Assembly (NCBI RefSeq): GCF_000181795.1
Contig: NW_003526944.1
Location: 3,578,706 to 3,642,705, forward strand
From: Trichinella spiralis
Taxonomy: Eukaryota
Direction of reading: 5' to 3'
Length of the DNA stretch: 64,000 nt
The position numbers and the translations under genes are program-made. Shown here in pieces: positions 55,176-64,000 of the stretch. Position 1 is the first letter of the stretch; each line of letters begins with the position of its first letter. Under the pieces are notes generated by a model. It did not search any database, was not told where the DNA came from, and worked only from the letters and a program-made list of their open reading frames with translations.

Positions 55176-58100
55176 GCAAATTAAACCTGGCAAATTGTTA
55201 ATTTGAAACAAAAAATTAACAAAAGTGAATTTTCAAAATGTGACAAAGCAATAGCTAAATTCAGCTAGTTGGTCTAGCTGTGTGATAGAATGGAAAAAAT
55301 ATTATTAATAAATAAAATGACAGACAGAAGCAAAATCGACAGCAAGGCGGCGGCGACCTGCTTGTGTCACATACACACACAATGACTGACTCGATGGCCT
55401 GCTAATTCGGCGGCTGACGTGTTGAAAAAGTTACGCTTGGCCACTTCAGAGCGGCGGTTCCAACAGACCAATCGGCTTACGCGTAGGCGAGTCGCCTGGC
55501 GCCCCCTGCAGGGCTCCGCTGTGGCTTTGTGTTCAGTGGTTCGGTTGGGAAATTTGCTTGCCGGTCCAGGGCCAGTGTTCTACTAATCCACTGGTCACGT
55601 CTCGACTGTGCTTGTTGTCCGAGTTTGGAAAAAAAAGCGACTCGTGTCCACTTTTGTCCACTGCTTGTGCCGGACGCGTCCGTGGCGCCGAACCGGCGCC
55701 GCTCTTCTTATCGGTCGGTCAACATACCCCAGCAATAAGCCACAGTGGATCATCGTGAATCTGTTTTCATTGGCTTTGGCTTTTTTGCCCTTTCTCAGCA
55801 CGACTGTCGGTCATCGGTCATTGTTGAACAATGGCCCCCAATTCTCACATTGCCCGTAAACACGCGCGGCTTTTGTGAAGATAATCTTCAAGCTTACCTT
55901 TTTGATACAAGCTCGATATGGATCATCATCACATAACCGAATTAATCGCCGGGAATATTTTTGATTGAATTTTATTACAAATTACTACTAGACCAAGTAT
56001 TATTTATTGTCAATGATCATACCAATGACATTGTGACATTTGTTTCCGGACAATTAATTATAATTAATTATAATATTTGTTTAATTACAATTAACTGAAT
56101 CGGTTTTACTTTGTTTTCACGTGAATTATTAATATGAATATTGATAAATGATACTGAAAGTTCTTAAATATTCCATATTATGCGTGATGATACTTGTCAC
56201 GGGGTGGAGTGTTACGTTCAAAAAAATAAAAATTGTAATTTTCACTTTCTATCTAGCATCGCTACGCACGTATGTTTATTTTTCGCTGTGTTTCTGATAT
56301 TTCGCTGAATATGTTAGCTTGTCAGTCAATGTTGTGAGCATTTATGGAATGAGCAGTACTTTTTGTACCAAGTGAATGGAAAAGTAGTTTTTACAATTGT
56401 GATCTTGTTGATTTTTTTTTCAAGGAAAGAATTTATTTATATTATAAAATATTTAAATATGGAAAAAAATAGATTGTTGGTAATTTTACAGTTTTTGTTT
56501 GAAAATCATGGTGTGAAAAAACTAAGCATGATAATATGTTACTCTGACGTTTGTCAGAAAGTCGAAGTTGATGAGGGGTGGACAAGAGGTTAGTGGGAGG
56601 CAAGCATGGAGAAAGGTAACAGTGACTATAAATATTTAAATTATATATCCAAGATGTAATAACGTATGTTTGTTTGTAATATCTTAACTTCAATATTGTA
56701 AAGGTTGTAGTGATACAGTTCGAAATTAATATAATTAGCAATATGAAACACAGAATTGAAAATATTGTTATTTTTAAGGGGTTTATGCTTTCAATTTCGC
56801 AGCTCTATTTGCGTTAGAATTTAAGCATGAATATTTCATCGACGATTGTATTGACTTGATTTTTCGATTGACGAAATAAAAATAAAACGATCCTAACTTT
56901 TTGCCAATTTCTACATATCAGTGATCAATTCCAATGTTCACAGCATGTGCGTGTTGCAAGTTGGGAATTTTAGATTTTCACGAAAATCGATTGGCACTTC
57001 AGACGGCTTTTACCGTCTGTAAACAAAAATATATTTAAATAAAGTTTGACAGAATAAACAATTCACATTGGATGTGTTGATTTATTTATTTATTTACTGT
57101 TACTGTTTTTTCTTTAATTTAAAATTCATTTCAAAGCGCATCATCCTGCGTGAGATGACGTGAAATGTTGTCTGAGGACGCGATTGAAATTTCAAATTTC
57201 CCAGATTAACCACCTGACAGATCCATGCACGCCAGCAAGCATGGAACAAGCTTCTTGTAAAATGATGCGCAATTGTCGGCGGTGGATTTGAATTTCAATA
57301 GGTTCAGTCTTTGATGACTTGATGAAATTTCAGCTTGTCATTTTGATCAATAACGAGACAAGGAAAAGCTGAACAAAAAAAATAAAAGAAAAAGTAATTA
57401 GCAAACTCTCGTAGCAGTTTCCTTATTATATATGTGTAATTTGTGGGATATAAAAAGCAGAAATGTTTTTAACGATGAAATTATTTACTCTTTTTTTTCA
57501 TTATGATTTTAGTTGCAAAGTTTTGATTTGATTTATTGATACTTGGGTCCAATGAATTTTTCCAACAATACATTATGATATGTTGAAATAAAAAAATTTT
57601 TTTCTAGAGGGGTAGCTGCATGAGGGGTGAAAAGGAGAGGAGTGCCAGGCGGCATACATATAGCAGCTGTAGAAATTGATTATTTGCTTTATATATATAT
57701 ATTTATTTATATTTATCTGACAATATCATTCTCTTCATAGCAGTAGGAAATGTTGAGAAAACAGAAATTCAATTGTTCCATTTCAAGTATTTCAAGGGAT
57801 ATATTTTGAGTAATTGAAAAATTTGTATTTTTGAACAGGCAAATTGTACTGAACACGCTTTGAACAATTTGCGTCACTTTTGTGTGTTTTGTTCCAAGAA
57901 ATATATAGGGCAGGGAAGAATGAAATTTAAATGAAATGGTTGTTCAACGTTCAAACTTGGTCAACAGCGAGGAAATCATTTCCATTGTTCTATTTGTGAA
58001 GAATGTCGAACCTTTTTCTATTCATGCAAATTGTCCATCCCCTTGTATTATTCGAAATAATTCACCAACGTCTGCCGGTTCACCAGGTTTTGCCACTCGA

Positions 58101-60677
58101 CTTTCAAACACGTTGATAATGGTTTTTTCTTTTTGTTTTTATGCTATTTTATTCTTATGATTTTTTTTAAATGAACTTTTAAGTCTTTAAAATACATTGT
58201 ATTGTTGTGTTCTTATTTTTTCTTAAAAAAGTTTTCAGTTCGCATATTATCTTGATGTAAAAGTGCTAAATTGGGAAGGCTTAATTGAAAACTTGTACAT
58301 CAAAATGTTTTCTTTATCTGAACAATATTAGTCATTTGAATTTTTATTTTTATTTTGGAAAATTTCATAAAAGCATGTGTAGAAAATGGTGGAATTTTTT
58401 TTATTCACTTCCCAAATCAATCAACAGGGGTTTTAGGTTTTTAAAGTTTGGTTAAATTGTAAAACAAAAAAAAATATATGTATGCAAAGTAAGTTTTTGA
58501 GGAAAAGTTTCACTGAAAGAAAAGTTGATCTCATTTGCGATTGAAACTCTCTCGAAACAGGTGACTAATTGCTCATTTATTGCTAACATTATTCATGCTC
58601 AGTTTTAAGTTTGATTTTTTCTTTCCTCACTCATAATTGTTATCTAGCTTCACAAGTTGTCATCATTCAAGCACGTCAGTTGTTCAAAAAATTTTGCTTT
58701 TTTTATTTTTTAAATGTTTCCAATATACAAATTTATTTATTCATTTATATTCACCGGTTGATATATATATATATATATATATGTATAATATAAGTGAAGT
58801 GCGTTTATTGATGTTCCTGCACAAGTCAATTGGCAAACTGGGACCGTCAGTCGAAGAAGATGGATTGCCAGGCATCTTATGCTATATGAGGTGTATCTTT
58901 GTGATAGGAGAATATGGAAATTTATGAAATTGCAGCAGTTGACTGACTGACAGTCAGCAAATTGAGCATATTAAATGCAGCTGAATTAAGGTGTGCTTGC
59001 GACATTCAAATTCAAATACATATATACTCTGCATTTTTGGAAAATTTCTTTTTATGATCGATTTTTGATATTCATTATTAAATTAATATTTCATTTGAAT
59101 TTTAATCCAATTTGTACAGATGCATTGCTTGATTGATGATATAATCAGGAATATTTTGCTTCTTTTTTTTCATAATGAAGCGATAATAAATTGACACCAC
59201 AGATTATTCTGCTGATGCTTTGTCAGGTTTTTCTTTTACAATTGCAATGAGTTGAAATTTATCTAAAAGTATATCTTTTCACACTGACTAAACTGATAAT
59301 GCTTGGGAAAAAAAAGATTTTGTTATTCTCTTGACGGAAGAAATAGAGAAAGAATTTCTAATTTATTCTACATTTATTTAATTAATCATTTTAAAAGTGA
59401 ACAACTATATATGGAATTTTAAATTTGCCGTCCCGTCGTTTAAATATCACACATATTATATTGTTGCTGAAATTATTTTATATTTTACAGAGAGAAAATG
59501 AGAGTAGTTTTATTGATTAAATTTAAAAAAAATTGGATAATTTTTTTCACTGGTCATCAGATGATTAGAATATTTTACTTGTGAAATGCTACAAACAAAC
59601 AGATGACAATAGCATGTTTGTGTTTGGTATAAGTTGATTTTTAAGAAAATTAAATTGAATAATGAAAGTAGATTTCATTTGTAAAATGAAAAAATTCGGC
59701 AAGTAAGAAAATTTTTTACATTTCCGATTGTTAACATTTCTGTTTAGTAATGATTTATGTATAGCGTTTGAATCGTATATTGTACAAAAGAAGGCATTTG
59801 TTATTCAAATGGGATTAGCAGTGTAAAATGGTAAATCAGTATATTTATTTGTCACTTTGATACTGTTAGATCTTTGAAGTTTTCAATTTGTACCGTATTG
59901 AGTTATAATTTTTTTTGTTTTCAATTATGATTATGATTATGATTATTATTTGTTGAAAATAATTCACTGATTGAGCATTGAATTGAGCCAAGCAAAATGA
60001 GACATGTTAAATAAAATATAGGTTGAAATGTATTCCCTGTAGAAGAGAACATTAAATGCATATCAGAGAAAGATTGACGTTGCCAAAGAATCCGTTTTTC
60101 CGTTGTGCCGTTCTGTTTCATTTTATGGCTTAATTTTGGACAGCTGTCATCTTGTAAACTATAAACTATGCTCTAATGTTTGATGTGATGATGTTTGGAG
60201 TATAATTTAAAGTTATTGACTTTCTCATCGACAGATTTCATCTATTTTATCAAACATGATATATACTCGGATGAAAATTCGAGTGGGATTTTTTGTTTTC
60301 TTCCAGTAGATGATGTAAGATTAAATTTTAACATAATCAAATGAAGCGTCGCTTATTGGTCAAAGCATTATTCTATTGATTTCATTGACCAGAATAGTTG
60401 AAAAATGAAAACGACACTAATTCGGCAATGCTTGAACTTTCTTCGGTCACACGGGTTTAAGGTGAAGTTTGAAAATATAAAATTTCTCATCCGAGTCGGT
60501 CCCGTTATTTGGAACATATAAAATTGCTAGCAGTTTATTTGAAAAATTTCAATCTCATAATAAATATTAAATTTACATTAAAATAAAAATATTCTGTGTA
60601 AATATCAAAGAAAATATTGAATATCCTTTTTTTGCAAGGCGGAACTGTTCAGTTTGATGGAAAATCTTGTTTCATTG

Positions 60678-61603
60678 CTATGTGAAAATGTTGTTGCAGG
60701 ACATGTTCGGTCGTTTGCATCTAAAATAGCATAAAAGCGATAACTCGACGACAATGGAACATAATCGGAAATTTAAGAAATTTAAATTTAAATGAATTAA
60801 TGATATTTTTAAAAAAAGTTTTTTTTTCGAACGCTCCTCGAAAAACGTTTCTTACGAAATGGTTCTTCAAAAAATGTTCTCTTGTTATGGTATTTATTTT
60901 AAAAAGACAACTTTAATGTTATTATTTATTAAAAAAAGATTATTTAATTAGAATCAATGAAAATTCGGAAATAATTTAATATTCAGATGCTTGAATCAAT
61001 CATTTATTAATTTGAAAATTAAAATTGAATAAGATAATTAATTGATTAGTTTCTGAACTTGTAAGTCGTGAAGTGAAATTATAGCTGAGCGCTTACCGTC
61101 TGCATTTGCAGTTTTCCGCTTCCAAATAATGGTAATATTTTGTCATTGGTTCCACATCGTCATCACAATTTGTCAGCTCTGCTGTTTGTCGTTTTTTCTT
61201 GACATAAGTGCACACTACATTTTTCCATGTTGAATATGGAAATTCATGCGTTCCAATCTGCAGAAACATGTATAAAATTTAAGCATTTAAAATAAACACA
61301 TAAATTCTTCAACAAATTCTATCGTTTTAATTATTTTCTTTTAATTTTTACGTTCACCATAGTTAATTCGATGAAATATTTATTGCTTAAAAATTATTAG
61401 CAGCATATCACCTCTGACGTGTCACATGTACCGTAACAGGCGTAGGTGCTGACCATTCCACGGCATTGCTTTCCATTTGAATCTTGCTTCACTGCGGTGA
61501 AATTATACTGTCGTACTTGACAACGTGGAGGCTTATCACCGTGAATGGTGGTCTTGATTACAATTAGCAGTGTCAGAATTGTGTAGCTTGAGAATAGTAT
61601 CAT
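60678..61603 (-). CDS. GPB5: Glycoprotein hormone beta-5-like cystine-knot subunit, copy 1 (exons 61603-61412, 61257-61097, 60720-60678; 131 aa)
   Basis: Signal peptide MILFSSYTILTLLIVIKTTIHG, then 10 Cys: CQVRQYNF...DSNGKQC...ACYGTCDTSE|IGTHEFPY...VCTY...LTNCDDDVEP...YHYLEAENCKCR|RCKRPNMSC. Exon phases are consistent. Confidence 0.85.
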
Positions 61604-62058
61604 TGTCAAAGCAAGCAGGCGAAACGTTTTCTGCCTGGAGGGATTATTATTGCAGTACGCGTACTTGCTTATTATTTAGTCGAGCTATATGATCACACTT
61701 CTTGCTATTACGAATGTAGCATTTCATCTCTTCGTGTGAAATTATTAATTATTTAAAAACATAAGAATGTTTTTACTTTGAAAATTAATTTTTTATACTT
61801 CCACATTTCAGATTATATAAATAAGCATTTATTTATTTATTTATTTATATTCGTGTGTTTGCAAATAGGAAGTGGAAATATCACATGGTAACTAGATGTA
61901 TGTGTTGTGTGTGGGTGTGGGTGTGGTTGGCGTGATTTACTGTTAAATTGCTTGCTTTTTGAAGTGGATTGCCAAAGTGTAACTTTGTAAATTATAATTC
62001 ATTAATAATTATATTATTCAACGATTTGCTTGTGTATTGAACGGCGTAGTATTTGCTG

Positions 62059-62897
62059 TCAAATGACGACGCCCGAAGATTTGAAGTGAAGATTGCGTGT
62101 AAACTTCAGCATGCAATCGTCGTCGAATGACATACAGCTGAAAAAATATTCAATAAAGAAAATCAATTGCAGGTGCAAATAGATGGGGGGGGGTGATGGA
62201 TGTTTGAATTGTTTGATGGAAAATTCCACTTTTACCTTTTGCAAGAACAGCTAATTGCTTCGTCATAATGGTAAAGCTGCACTCCGGGGTCGATATCAGC
62301 ATCACAATTGCTCAGCAAAGTGACACGTCGCTCAAATTGTTCGTAATCACATTTGGAATATTTGAAAACAACCGACTCTGGAATTCTGTAATCTGAACTC
62401 TAAGGAAGTTAAGCTTTTTTTCAATTTGAAAGTTTAGTCAATTTTTCTAATCATCAGATGTATTAAATTTCAAAATTCGTTTAAACAAAGCAGAAAATTG
62501 TTCACTCTAACAATGATATGTAAATTAGATATCACTTTTGTTGGAATTGGATTTTTTTTCAGATCAGATCTGATCTGATCAAGTGATGATGAAGATTTTA
62601 AAACATTTAACTTTGTCCATGTTTGCTTGAATTCAGCTGGGAATAAAATACAATATCAGAGGGGTTTTAATTACAGAAATTTACCTCGTATGATTCGCAG
62701 AGACCACGGCAAGCAACCGTGGCAATTTGCTGGTGACAACTTCTGCCTTGGTTATCGATAACCGACGCGTTGAAGATGTATGCCACAGGGGCACATGGGA
62801 TAACGTTCAACTGACGCTTGACTGTGATTTGGTGGCAACGGAGCAAGGGTAAAAATATGACGAAGTGCCAGTCGAAAAATTGATTTGCATGAACCAT
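62059..62897 (-). CDS. Glycoprotein hormone beta-5-like cystine-knot subunit, copy 2 (exons 62897-62685, 62399-62236, 62137-62059; 151 aa)
   Basis: 10-Cys core CAPVAYIF...DNQGRSC...ACRGLCESYE|SSDYRIP...KCDY...LLSNCDADIDPGVQLYHYDEAISCSCK|SCMSFDDDC. Intron positions and phases match copy 1. Confidence 0.82.
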
Positions 62898-64000
62898 TGT
62901 TCTGGTACACTTCACTTTTTAGCTGTGCTGCATATTCAATTCACCACGACGGACCATTCCATTCATTAGCTAGCTAGTCACCGCTCATAGTTGATTTGTT
63001 AATAATATATGCTCAGATATGTTTTGCTTCTAAATTAAATATTTGTCCATCGACATGGCAGATAAACTTTTCCACAGAGTATTTATTTAATGTACGTTTT
63101 ATTGCGTAAAAAGTTTTGATAACGTGCATGTGATTTGCAGAAAATTTTCAACTGTTGCATAGCATTTGATTTCTTTTCTGCAACGATATGTTCTTCTTCT
63201 TGTTGCTGTTATTGTGATTTTTCAATTTTGATCATTTAAGTGGAACTTTTCTTATAAATCAATCTTCTTTATTCAACTTAATGAAATGTGACAAACAATT
63301 ATTATCGCGATGATAAGTGAAAAATTACAAACTGTGAATTTGCGCATCATTTACACTGGAGCAACAGTTTGAACACTTTATGGAATGAAAACATTATTAC
63401 TATTGTGTAATAAATAAGTACTGTAATTAAAATTTCCAAAGACAACTTATTAATATTGTAAATGATGTTTTTTTCTCATGATTTATGAATCTTTTTTCTT
63501 CTTCATCGAATGCATTCATTTTTCATTGTCGGTTGAATTTTTCCCTAATTACGTATAGACAGCATGCGAATATTCGTTTCACTAGATGTGATGAATTCAA
63601 TTTGCATAGGCATCTATTTTAATTTTTGATCACGTACCACTTTTAACCGTTTTTCAAAAAAGTGTAAAGCATAATTTATGGAAAAAATAGGTTACTTGGT
63701 GTTCTTTTTAATGAAAAATTTATCTATTTTTGCAATTTCTGTTATTACATCACCTCTTCTTCAAAAAAAGAAATTCAAGATTCACTCATTTCTGCTCTAT
63801 TGGAATACTGTTTTAATTGAAAAATAATTACTTTTTTGTTGATTTTTTCATGTTTGTAAATAAATGTATTCAAATTTATTACTGATTATTATTTTTGGTT
63901 TCTTTTTCAGCGTATTAAGTTGGAGTGAATTTCAGAATTATTAATATGATAAAGTGTGCTACTGTGTTTCTGTATTTACGCTATTTACGCGTATTTACGC

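Noticed and set aside
55950..60600. Gene-free AT-rich region searched for a GPA2 partner or other exons
   Set aside because: No Cys-knot or otherwise coherent spliceable ORF was found by eye. It is probably RhoU upstream regulatory DNA, though small exons cannot be excluded.
62561..62576. Perfect 16-bp palindrome AGATCAGATCTGATCT in a GPB5 intron
   Set aside because: It is explained by short GATCA/GATCT repeat slippage and has no other support.
63972..64000. Short tandem repeat (G)TATTTACGC x3 at the window edge
   Set aside because: It is too short and truncated by the window boundary to interpret.

Overview
This is eukaryotic genomic DNA: AT-rich, gene-dense, with many ~50-100 nt GT-AG introns and TTTTCAG-type acceptors. 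It is most consistent with a nematode, probably Trichinella-like (inference). In order, the window contains: SF3B5 (-); an intron-containing pogo/Tigger (CENP-B-like) domesticated transposase (+); an intronless F-box/LRR gene (-); SRPK (-); RPL22 (-); tRNA-Glu(TTC) (-); Son of sevenless (+); peptide O-xylosyltransferase (-); an intronless Mn-type CDF transporter (+); two tandem Lifeguard/TMBIM genes (+); a Sevenless/ROS1-type receptor tyrosine kinase (+); acylphosphatase (+); RhoU/V (-); and two tandem GPB5-like cystine-knot hormone genes (-). The strongest unexplained signal is a hidden micro-exon (MGCILSISQ, a myristoylation/palmitoylation motif) in the 3.6 kb SOS intron. It splices in frame onto the last SOS exons and predicts a membrane-anchored, catalytically dead SOS isoform. 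Other notable signals: a candidate autoregulatory unproductive splice site and hairpin in RPL22 intron 1, a CENP-B-like domesticated transposase, duplicated GPB5, and Sos/sevenless linkage. All gene models were spliced by eye and no database searches were run.
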